Below, piece after piece: positions 20,721 to 28,978 of a stretch of 54,186 nucleotides of DNA. The stretch is from positions 1 to 54,186 of the forward strand of contig CAZTMX010000001.1 of assembly GCA_964614855.1 (NCBI GenBank). Direction: 5' to 3'. The notes under the pieces are model-generated. The model saw only the letters and a list, made by a program, of their open reading frames with translations. It was not told the origin of the DNA and searched no databases. Source of the DNA: an uncultured Anaerolineaceae bacterium. Lineage in GTDB: Bacteria > Chloroflexota > Anaerolineae > Anaerolineales > UBA4823. The translations under genes and the position numbers were made by a program. The number at the start of each line of letters is the position of its first letter. Position 1 is the first letter of the stretch.

Positions 20721-22537
20721 ACTTCCCCCTCTTCGAACTCTTTTGGCGCGCGGCGAACCGGGTTTAGTTCAACTTCCTGGACATCTGGGGTCCTTTCGAA
20801 AAACTTCTCCTGGTCTTGCAGTTGTAATTCGTAAATTTCTCGGTATAACCCACCCTGGCGCAGTAAATCATTATGCTGGCCGCGTTCGATGATGCGCCCA
20901 TTTTGCATGACCAGGATAAGATCTGCACGGCGCACAGTGCTCAGACGGTGGGCAATGACAAACGTGGTGCGTCCTTCCATCAACCGGTCCAGTGCCTGTT
21001 GGATCAGGCGCTCGGTTTCGCTATCCACACTGGAAGTGGAATCGTCCAGGATCAGGATGCGGGGGTCCATCAACAATGCCCTGGCGATGGCAATGCGCTG
21101 CCGCTGACCGCCCGAAAGGGTCACTCCTCGCTCGCCGACAACAGTTTGGTAGCCCTGGGGTAAGTTCAGGATAAATTGGTGTGCCTGGGCAGCCCTGGCC
21201 ACCGTTTCAATCTCCTCCTGGCTGGCGTTGGGACGACCGTAAGCGATGTTTTCGGCAATGGTGGCAGAAAAGAGCAGAGAGGTCTGCAGCACGATACCGA
21301 TCTGCTTACGCAGGCTATCCAGTTCCACCTGGCGCACGTCGATCCCGTCGACCTTTACGCTGCCTTTGCTGGCCTCATAAAATCGCGGGATCAGGTTGAC
21401 CAGTGATGTTTTGCCAGATCCGGTGGTGCCGATCAACGCTATGACCTGGTTTGGCTCCACATCAACATCGATATCTTCCAACGCTGGCGCCACCTGGTTT
21501 TCATAACGAAAACACACGTTTTCGAAAGAAATTCGCCCCTGGAGAGGTGGTAATTTCATAGCACCCGGCTGGTTTTTGATCTCAGGCTCCAAATCCAGGA
21601 TTTCAAGGTTTCGCTTCAACCCGGCAACAGCTTCTCCGGCAGCATTGACCAACCAGGTAAGTTGTTGTGCCGGGGCTGCCAGCAACGCCAGGTAGCTATT
21701 GAAGGCGATCACTTCTCCGATGCTCATTTCACCGCGCAGCACCATTTGCCCCCCAAACCATAAGATCAGAATCGTACCCAAAGAGACCAGAAAGTGGGTC
21801 GTGGGCATGACTTTTGCAAAGGTGGTGATCACTCTCATGCGGGCTTTGTATAAAATCGTGTTGATATTTGTGAAACGCTGTTTTTCGTGGGGTTCACGAG
21901 CAAACGCTCTGACGACCTGGACCCCACTGACGTTTTCTTGTAAGCGGGCGGATAACTCGCCCAAGGCGATGTCGACATCAAAGAAATAATGGCTGATTTT
22001 CTGACCGAAATTCGTGGTCAGCAGTACTAATGGGATCATGGGCAGCATGGCAATGGCTGCCAGCCGGGCGTTTTGGGTAAACAGGATAGTTGAAATTCCT
22101 ACGGTTAAGAAGCCAATGCGCAGCATTTCGATCATACCAAACCCGGTAAAACGTTCTATGGCGCGTACATCTTCGATAACCCTGCTGATGATTTGCCCAG
22201 TTTGTGCATGGTCGTGAAATGTAAATGGCAGGTGTTGGATGTGGTTGTACAGCTTATTGCGCAGATCAAATCCGGTGTGCGCGGCGATCCATTCGCCTAA
22301 GTAGCGCTGGCTGAAGATCAGACCCGCTCGCAAAAATCCCAAACCCAGGATAACCAGGGCAGCCTGGATCAAGAAAAATGTATGGTTCTGTGCCAGCCCA
22401 TAATCAATCACCTGCTGTAGGATGGCAGGAAAAGTCATCTGAACTGCGGTTAGCGCCAGGGTAGCAAAAAATGCAAGGATGACCTGTAACCGGTAGGGTT
22501 TCAGAAGAGGGGCCAGGCGTAAGAGTTCTTTCATCAC
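20717..22537 (-). CDS. ABC exporter, fused permease/ATPase (heterodimer partner A)
   Basis: Walker A GTTGSGKTS, signature LSGGQRQ, Walker B ILILDDSTS. The start is either GTG 22537 or ATG 22534. Confidence 0.9.
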   Translation of the reverse strand: MMKELLRLAPLLKPYRLQVILAFFATLALTAVQMTFPAILQQVIDYGLAQNHTFFLIQAALVILGLGFLRAGLIFSQRYLGEWIAAHTGFDLRNKLYNHIQHLPFTFHDHAQTGQIISRVIEDVRAIERFTGFGMIEMLRIGFLTVGISTILFTQNARLAAIAMLPMIPLVLLTTNFGQKISHYFFDVDIALGELSARLQENVSGVQVVRAFAREPHEKQRFTNINTILYKARMRVITTFAKVMPTTHFLVSLGTILILWFGGQMVLRGEMSIGEVIAFNSYLALLAAPAQQLTWLVNAAGEAVAGLKRNLEILDLEPEIKNQPGAMKLPPLQGRISFENVCFRYENQVAPALEDIDVDVEPNQVIALIGTTGSGKTSLVNLIPRFYEASKGSVKVDGIDVRQVELDSLRKQIGIVLQTSLLFSATIAENIAYGRPNASQEEIETVARAAQAHQFILNLPQGYQTVVGERGVTLSGGQRQRIAIARALLMDPRILILDDSTSSVDSETERLIQQALDRLMEGRTTFVIAHRLSTVRRADLILVMQNGRIIERGQHNDLLRQGGLYREIYELQLQDQEKFFERTPDVQEVELNPVRRAPKEFEEGEV

Positions 22538-22557
22538 GAATTCTTCAACCCGGCGGA

Positions 22558-22947
22558 TCAGGATTGCGTTTCTAAGTGAAAAACAACCTGCTTGTTATCC
22601 ACGACCAGCCGCTCTAATTCTGTTAATGTTTCGCTCTCGGCTTCCGGCAGGGAAGCGAAAAAAAGCATGGCCTGCAAGCTGTAATCCCCCGCGCCAATAT
22701 CACCGCGCAGGTGCATGTTGACTTCCATTTTGCGGCTCATGCTCTCCAGAATGCTGGTTGATGTGCTGACTGCACCCTGGGGGTTCAGGATAGTCAGTTC
22801 TACGCTTGGACGTTGTTGGGTTGGATCGACTTCAAGGTATACTTTGATACGCCTGCCGTCCGGCCAGGGTTCGCAGCGCAGATCGCGAATGCGAACATCT
22901 TCCGGAGGCAGGCGGGTTTCGTTGGGGTCATCGAAAAAGAATTCCAT
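22558..22947 (-). CDS. Hypothetical 129-aa protein, first gene of the ABC exporter operon
   Basis: ATG with GAGG 7 nt upstream and a TATAAT-like box further upstream. Its stop lies 20 nt before the ABC gene start. No motif recognised. Confidence 0.55.
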   Translation of the reverse strand: MEFFFDDPNETRLPPEDVRIRDLRCEPWPDGRRIKVYLEVDPTQQRPSVELTILNPQGAVSTSTSILESMSRKMEVNMHLRGDIGAGDYSLQAMLFFASLPEAESETLTELERLVVDNKQVVFHLETQS

Positions 22948-22994
22948 GGGGTAACCTCTCGAAAGGAGATTATACCCCTGGAAGGGGGAAAATT

Positions 22995-23846
22995 CTACAA
23001 CCCAGCCATATACGCCAGCCCAACGGTTCCGGGACCGGCATGGGTGCCGATTACTGGGCTGACCTCTGAGACGATATTTTCAATTGAATGGAACCTTTCA
23101 CGGGCGAGTGACAGAACTTCTTCAGCTTCAACCGGTGCATTGGCGTGCAAAGTTGCCAGGTGCACCGGAGTTTTTCCTGCGATACGTTCTTCGATCAGGT
23201 CCAACAGCCGCTCGAACGATTTTTTGCGCGTGCGCACTTTATCGACCGCTTCGATGCGCCCATTCGCAAGCTCCAAGATGGGTTTGATATTCAACGCCGT
23301 GCCCAGGAAGCGGTTGGCGCTGCCGATACGACCACCGCGATGTAAAAACTCCAGGGTATCCACGGCAAACACCACACCGGTATTCTGGCGGGCGCGGGCG
23401 GCAATGGCCATGCATTCTTGCATGTCTGCGCCTTTCTGAATGGCTTTGGCAACCTGCAGCACCTGGAAGCCCATCGCCATGGCTGTGGATTGGGTGTCGA
23501 AAATTTCAATTTCTGCCTCTGGATAATGGGTGCGTGCTTGCATGGCCGAGACCATGGTGCCTGACAGGGCTGATGAAATGGTCATGGTGAGAATTTGGTA
23601 ATCCTGCGCCAGAAGCTCTGAGTAAATTTTCATAAATGCAGCAGGCGTCGCTTGTGAAGTACTGGGCATAGTTTTTGCATTTTTCAAGCGGTCGTAAAAC
23701 TCCCCGGGTTGGATATCCACACCGTCTTCATAGGTCTTGTCTCCCCAGATCAAGACAAGCGGAGCGATATGAAGTTGATATTTCTCTACGAAACCCCTGG
23801 GAAAATTGGCAGTGCTGTCTGTAACGAGAGCGATCTTTTCAGCCAT
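22995..23846 (-). CDS. DegV family fatty-acid-binding protein
   Basis: KIALVTDSTANFP and the overall DegV pattern. ATG ending at 23846 follows GGAGA. The alternative ATG at 23864 is also possible. Confidence 0.85.
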   Translation of the reverse strand: MAEKIALVTDSTANFPRGFVEKYQLHIAPLVLIWGDKTYEDGVDIQPGEFYDRLKNAKTMPSTSQATPAAFMKIYSELLAQDYQILTMTISSALSGTMVSAMQARTHYPEAEIEIFDTQSTAMAMGFQVLQVAKAIQKGADMQECMAIAARARQNTGVVFAVDTLEFLHRGGRIGSANRFLGTALNIKPILELANGRIEAVDKVRTRKKSFERLLDLIEERIAGKTPVHLATLHANAPVEAEEVLSLARERFHSIENIVSEVSPVIGTHAGPGTVGLAYMAGL

Positions 23847-24021
23847 AGTATCTCCATTAATCATACAAGGATAATTGCAGCGCGTTGAATTAGAATATAT
23901 AGATTGATCTGTCCGCGCTTACTTCTGATAACAACCCCAGGAAAAACGAATGGTTACGGGTTTGAGGAAAGAAAACCCCATCCATTCTTGATAGTTTCAT
24001 TAAAAGGAAAGCCAGAAGGTC

Positions 24022-24050
24022 TTGACCATTACAGGCTTACAGGCTAAAAT
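24022..24050 (+). promoter_or_regulatory. Sigma70-like promoter for ffh (TTGACC-17-TAAAAT) 8 nt from the ATG
   Basis: TTGACC at 24022..24027, a 17-nt spacer, TAAAAT at 24045..24050, and ATG at 24059. There is no SD in between. Confidence 0.55.
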
Positions 24051-24058
24051 GCAGTGCT

Positions 24059-25381
24059 ATGTTTGAGAACCTGACACAGCGGTTAGAGGATGTATTTAAA
24101 GGGTTGCGGCGACGCGGCAAGTTAAATGAATCCGATGTTGACGCGGCGATGCGCGAGGTACGCCTGGCGCTGCTCGAAGCCGATGTCAATTACGGCGTGG
24201 TTAAGGATTTTGTTTCTCGGGTGAGAGAGCGAGCCGTGGGGCACGAAGTCTCAAAAGCCCTGAACCCAGGCCAACAGGTCGTGAAAATCGTCAACGAGGA
24301 ATTGGTCAATACCCTCGGACCGGCGGATCGTTTGAACCTGGCAGGCCCGAAACCGCGCACCATAATGTTGGTTGGTTTGCAAGGTGCGGGTAAAACCACC
24401 TATGCCGGCAAGCTGGCGCGCCTGCTGCGCTCACAGGGCGAGCGAGTGATGCTGGTTGCCTGCGACCCGTACCGGCCGGCGGCTGTAAAACAGCTGGAGA
24501 CCTTGGGTGAGCGCTTGAATGTGCCGGTGGAATACCAGGCCGGGTTGGCGCCGCCAAAGCTGGCAAAACAGGCAGTCGATAAGGCGCAAAAGGGTGGTTT
24601 CACCATTGTCATTCTGGATACAGCGGGCCGTTCGCAGCTTGACCAGGGGTTGATGGATGAGCTGCAAGCCATTCGCAGCAACACCAACCCGGCTGAAGTT
24701 TTGCTGGTGGTGGATGCGATGATCGGTCAGGAATCGGTGAACGTTGCCAAGGGTTTCCGCGAGGTCATCCCACTAACCGGTTTAATCCTGACCAAGATGG
24801 ACGGCGACGCGCGCGGCGGGGCTGCGATCTCCATTCGTGCTGTCACTGGGGTGCCGATTAAATTCCTGGGCACCGGCGAGGCGTTGGATGCCATCGAGGC
24901 CTATGATCCCGGCCGGCTTTCTGGGCGCATCCTGGGGATGGGCGATCTGCTCGGCTTGATCGAAAAAGCCGAAGCGGCTTACGATGAAAAAACAGCCCGC
25001 GAGCAGGCCGAAAAGATGGTGTCTGGCGAGTTTTCCTTGCAGGATTTTGCAGACCAATTGCGCCAATTGCGAAAAATGGGTCCGCTTGGGCAAATTATGG
25101 AAATGCTGCCGGGTGGAATGGGGCAGATGGCAAAGCAAATATCCCCACAGGATGCAGAACGCCAGTTGAAAATGACCGAAGCCATCATCAATTCGATGAC
25201 CCGTGAAGAACGCATGCGTCCGGATGTTCTCAACGGTGCACGCCGCAGGCGCATTGCCCGCGGTTCAGGAACAGATGTACAGGATGTCAATCGCTTAATG
25301 AAGCAATTCCGCGATGCCCAACGCCTGTTCAAAACTTTTAAGAAATCTGGCAAGCGCGGTTTGCCGCGCATGTTTGGTTAG
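24059..25381 (+). CDS. ffh: Signal recognition particle protein Ffh
   Basis: GLQGAGKTT, DTAGR and TKMDGDARGG G-domain motifs, plus a Met-rich M domain. Confidence 0.97.
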   Translation: MFENLTQRLEDVFKGLRRRGKLNESDVDAAMREVRLALLEADVNYGVVKDFVSRVRERAVGHEVSKALNPGQQVVKIVNEELVNTLGPADRLNLAGPKPRTIMLVGLQGAGKTTYAGKLARLLRSQGERVMLVACDPYRPAAVKQLETLGERLNVPVEYQAGLAPPKLAKQAVDKAQKGGFTIVILDTAGRSQLDQGLMDELQAIRSNTNPAEVLLVVDAMIGQESVNVAKGFREVIPLTGLILTKMDGDARGGAAISIRAVTGVPIKFLGTGEALDAIEAYDPGRLSGRILGMGDLLGLIEKAEAAYDEKTAREQAEKMVSGEFSLQDFADQLRQLRKMGPLGQIMEMLPGGMGQMAKQISPQDAERQLKMTEAIINSMTREERMRPDVLNGARRRRIARGSGTDVQDVNRLMKQFRDAQRLFKTFKKSGKRGLPRMFG

Positions 25382-25498
25382 CTCCGCAGGGCAGCCGGCG
25401 GTTGTGTGCGATCCCTTCCGCGCCCCTCTACCCCGCCCAAGCCCGGCAGCGAAAATTACTTAGAATAACTATTGTTTGATTAGAAGGAGAGTAGTCTT

Positions 25499-25864
25499 AT
25501 GGTTCGCATTCGTCTGCGCCGGGTTGGCGCAAAAGGTCAGCCGAGTTATCGCATTGTGGCAATTGAAAAAGAAGCACAACGTGATGGTCGCCCGGCCGAA
25601 TTTCTCGGTTTCTATAATCCTCGCACAAACCCCGCCACGATAACACTGGAAGAGGAGCGTATTTATGTTTGGCTCAGCAACGGCGCTCAGCCCAGCGAGT
25701 CAGCCGCCCAGGTATTAAAAGCTGCTGGTTTGATGGACCGTTACGCACGTTTCAAACAAGGCGAGGATCTCGAGGCATTGGTTGCAGAGGCAAAGGCTGC
25801 CGAGCAGGCGCGCAATATCAGCGCAAAAACGGAAACCGTAAAAGCCCGCCAGGCAAGCAAATAA
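25499..25864 (+). CDS. rpsP: 30S ribosomal protein S16 (with C-terminal extension)
   Basis: MVRIRLRRVGAKGQPSYRIVA is the canonical S16 N-terminus. SD AAGGAGAG upstream. Confidence 0.95.
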   Translation: MVRIRLRRVGAKGQPSYRIVAIEKEAQRDGRPAEFLGFYNPRTNPATITLEEERIYVWLSNGAQPSESAAQVLKAAGLMDRYARFKQGEDLEALVAEAKAAEQARNISAKTETVKARQASK

Positions 25865-25894
25865 AGATCGCCGCCACCCGAACGGAGGCAGGTC

Positions 25895-26131
25895 ATGAAA
25901 GAACTTATTGAGTACATCACCAGGTCCCTGGTAGATGATCCCACTCAGGTACGTATCACCCAGGCTCGCCGTGGTTCGCAAGTGACGATAGAGCTACGCG
26001 TTGCCAAAGAGGATATGGGCCGGGTAATTGGCCGGAGCGGCCGGGTTGCCAGCGCCATGCGCAACTTATTGCGCGTGGCTGCCGGGCAAGAGAATAAACG
26101 CGTCACCCTGGAAATCATCGAACCCGAATGA
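25895..26131 (+). CDS. KH-domain RNA-binding protein (YlqC-like)
   Basis: VAKEDMGRVIGRSGRVASAMR contains the KH GxxG motif. This is the conserved position between rpsP and rimM. Confidence 0.85.
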   Translation: MKELIEYITRSLVDDPTQVRITQARRGSQVTIELRVAKEDMGRVIGRSGRVASAMRNLLRVAAGQENKRVTLEIIEPE

Positions 26132-26694
26132 ACCAGGCCGTTGTTTCCGGTGGAATTGATGAAACTGAGGGCTCGCCTGCTCCAGGCGAGCCCTTGTTCC
26201 TGGTGGTAGGGAAAATTCACCGCCCGCATGGTGTAAAGGGGGATGTGATCATGGAAGTGATCACTGACTTCCCGGAACGTCTGCGTGTGGGCACCGTTGT
26301 GTATGTTGGAGATCAGCATACCCCAATGGTGATACGCGGACGGCGCAAATCCAATACATCCTTGCTGATCAACTTCAATGAATACAAAGATCCGGAAAGC
26401 GCGGCTGTGCTGAGAAATCAACTGGTCTATGTGCGAGCCGATGACCGGCCGGCATTACCAGAGGGCGAATATTACCTGCACCAGTTATTAGGGCTGCAGG
26501 TGATCAGTGAGGAAGGCCAGGTTCTAGGGAAACTGGTTCAAATCCTGGAAACTGGGGCGAATGATGTGTATATTGTCCGGCCTGAAACTGGCGTTGAAGT
26601 CCTGCTCCCCGCTATTCCGGATGTGATCAAGAAGGTGGAGTTGGATGCCGGTAGAATGGTTGTCCATTTGTTACCTGGATTACTGACAGAATAA
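26128..26694 (+). CDS. rimM: 16S rRNA processing protein RimM
   Basis: VGKIHRPHGVKGDV and a PRC-barrel C-terminus. ATGA overlap with the KH gene. Confidence 0.9.
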   Translation: MNQAVVSGGIDETEGSPAPGEPLFLVVGKIHRPHGVKGDVIMEVITDFPERLRVGTVVYVGDQHTPMVIRGRRKSNTSLLINFNEYKDPESAAVLRNQLVYVRADDRPALPEGEYYLHQLLGLQVISEEGQVLGKLVQILETGANDVYIVRPETGVEVLLPAIPDVIKKVELDAGRMVVHLLPGLLTE

Positions 26695-26700
26695 CCAGCC

Positions 26701-27810
26701 GTGGAAAATTCTAAACAAAACTGGGTGGGTTTCAACCTGGTTAAGGGGATAGGCCCTGCCCGCTTAAGAGCTTTGTTGGAATATTTTGGGGACATTGGCA
26801 GCGCCTGGCATGTCACGCGCCGCCAGTTGGAAGCTTGTGGTTTACAAGAAAAGCTCATCGATGCCCTGGAGCAAACCCGCCAGGCTGGTGTATTGCAAAA
26901 GACCTGGGAGGCGATAGAAAACCAGGACATCCAGGTACTCACCTGGGATGACCTGGATTACCCCGATCGCCTGAGAGAAATCGATCAATCCCCACCGGTT
27001 CTCTATGTGCGCGGCAAGCTAGGCCAGGAAGATTTTCCTTCCATTGCGATTGTGGGTACCCGGCGGATCACCCAATATGGACGCCAGGTGGCGCGTGAGC
27101 TGGCTAGCGAGCTGGGGCGCAGTGGTTTTACGGTGGTCAGCGGCCTGGCCAGGGGGGTGGATGCGGTGGCTCACCAGGCTGCCCTGGAGGCCGGCGGGCG
27201 GTCCATCGCCGTCCTGGGCAGCGGGGTGGATGTGATCTATCCACCGGAAAACCGCCGCCTGGCAGAGCAGATGATTACCAACGGCGCTGTTGTCAGCGAT
27301 TATCCACCCGGCACACAACCCGAAGCAATGAACTTCCCCCCGCGCAACCGTATCATTTCTGCTTTGGCGCACGCGGTTGTAGTGGTTGAAGCGGGAGAAA
27401 AAAGTGGAGCGCTGATAACCGCTGCCTTTGCTGCCGACCAGGGTCGAGAGGTATTTGCCGTACCTGGTTATTTATACGCACCCTCATCGCTTGGGCCAAA
27501 CCGGCTGATCCAGCAAGGCGCGCATATCTTTTTGGGTGTTCAGGACTTGCTGGCGACGATGAATTTCGGCGAGTTTGCTCAGCGTGTAAAATCCCGCACG
27601 GTTTTGCCTGCGGATGCAACCGAAGCAACCTTGTTCGCCTTGCTCGGGCATGAACCCCTGCATATCGATGAATTGCGCGCCCAATCCGGCATGGCGGTCG
27701 AGACAGTGTCTGCAGCGCTGACAATGATGGAACTAAAGGGACTGGTACGCCAGGTGGGCTCCATGCGGTATGTGGCTGTCTTTGAGCCAGGGGCAGAATA
27801 TAAAGTCTAA
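26701..27810 (+). CDS. dprA: DNA-processing protein DprA
   Basis: Rossmann-like core GLARGVDAVAHQAALEAGGRSIAVLGSGVDVIYPPEN. GTG start. Confidence 0.9.
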   Translation: MENSKQNWVGFNLVKGIGPARLRALLEYFGDIGSAWHVTRRQLEACGLQEKLIDALEQTRQAGVLQKTWEAIENQDIQVLTWDDLDYPDRLREIDQSPPVLYVRGKLGQEDFPSIAIVGTRRITQYGRQVARELASELGRSGFTVVSGLARGVDAVAHQAALEAGGRSIAVLGSGVDVIYPPENRRLAEQMITNGAVVSDYPPGTQPEAMNFPPRNRIISALAHAVVVVEAGEKSGALITAAFAADQGREVFAVPGYLYAPSSLGPNRLIQQGAHIFLGVQDLLATMNFGEFAQRVKSRTVLPADATEATLFALLGHEPLHIDELRAQSGMAVETVSAALTMMELKGLVRQVGSMRYVAVFEPGAEYKV

Positions 27811-27859
27811 TCCCCCATTTTCCCCGCCCGGGTGTTGGATGGGTTGCCAGGAGTAAGCG

Positions 27860-28945
27860 ATGGATCATTATTACGCAGTCATTATGGCTGGGGGCGGTGG
27901 GACAAGGCTGTGGCCTTTATCCCGCAAGACGCGCCCCAAACAGATGTTAAGCCTCTTTGATGAACATACCCTTTTCCAGACCTCTGTTTTACGCCTGGAG
28001 GGTCTTTTTCACCCCAACCAGATTTACGTGGTCACCGTAGCAGACCAGGCGGAAGAATTGCGCGCCCAGGCACCGGAAATCCCGCTGGAAAATTTCCTGC
28101 TTGAGCCGCAACCGCGCGGCACCGCTTCGGTGGTGGGGTATGCTGCCGTGGTCTTGCAGCAGCGCGACCCTCTAGCAGTGATGGCTGTGTTAACTGCAGA
28201 TCACTTTATCAAGGATGAGCCGCGCTTTCGCCATCTTCTGGAAGTGGCGCAGGATGTGGCGCAAGCTGGCAACCTGGTGACTCTGGGGATTGAACCTACT
28301 TTCCCTTCCACCGGTTTCGGTTATATCCAGCAGGGTGAGAGCCTGGGTCGTTTCCAGGATTTGGAAGCGTTTCGCGTCGTGCGTTTCAAAGAAAAACCGC
28401 AGGAAGCCCAAGCTAGCGAAATGTTACTCAGTGGCGATCATGCCTGGAATTCTGGTATGTTTGTTTGGCAAGTCAAGGATATCCTGGCGGAGTTTGAACG
28501 CCAGATGCCTGACCTGTTTGCATCTTTGCAGAAAATTCAAGCCACCTGGGGCAGTGAAACTGCCCAACAGGTGGTTTGCGACGAGTGGCAGCGCCTGGTC
28601 AGCGAAACGATCGATTACGGTATCATGGAGCGCGCGCGACAGGTGGCAGTCATCCCTGCTGCCGGTCTTGGTTGGAGTGATGTGGGCAGTTGGGATTCGC
28701 TGTATGAATTGCTTCCAGGCGATGATTGTGGAAATATTGTTATGGGCGGCGCTCACATTGGGCTGGATACTCATCACTCTCTTGTGTATGTCAATCAAGA
28801 ACACCGCTTGATCGTTACGATTGGCGTGGATGACCTGGTATTGGTAGATACAGGCGATGTGCTCCTGGTTTGCCGCAAAGACCAGGCGCAGCGTGTACGG
28901 CAAGTGGTCAACCAGCTAAAACAAGAAGGAAAAGAATACCTTTAA
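27860..28945 (+). CDS. Mannose-1-phosphate guanylyltransferase
   Basis: AVIMAGGGGTRLWPLSR nucleotidyltransferase motif. The size fits the transferase-only (no isomerase) type. Confidence 0.85.
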   Translation: MDHYYAVIMAGGGGTRLWPLSRKTRPKQMLSLFDEHTLFQTSVLRLEGLFHPNQIYVVTVADQAEELRAQAPEIPLENFLLEPQPRGTASVVGYAAVVLQQRDPLAVMAVLTADHFIKDEPRFRHLLEVAQDVAQAGNLVTLGIEPTFPSTGFGYIQQGESLGRFQDLEAFRVVRFKEKPQEAQASEMLLSGDHAWNSGMFVWQVKDILAEFERQMPDLFASLQKIQATWGSETAQQVVCDEWQRLVSETIDYGIMERARQVAVIPAAGLGWSDVGSWDSLYELLPGDDCGNIVMGGAHIGLDTHHSLVYVNQEHRLIVTIGVDDLVLVDTGDVLLVCRKDQAQRVRQVVNQLKQEGKEYL

Positions 28946-28978
28946 TCTCTATTAGAATCAATAAGGAGGGCTTATCCC

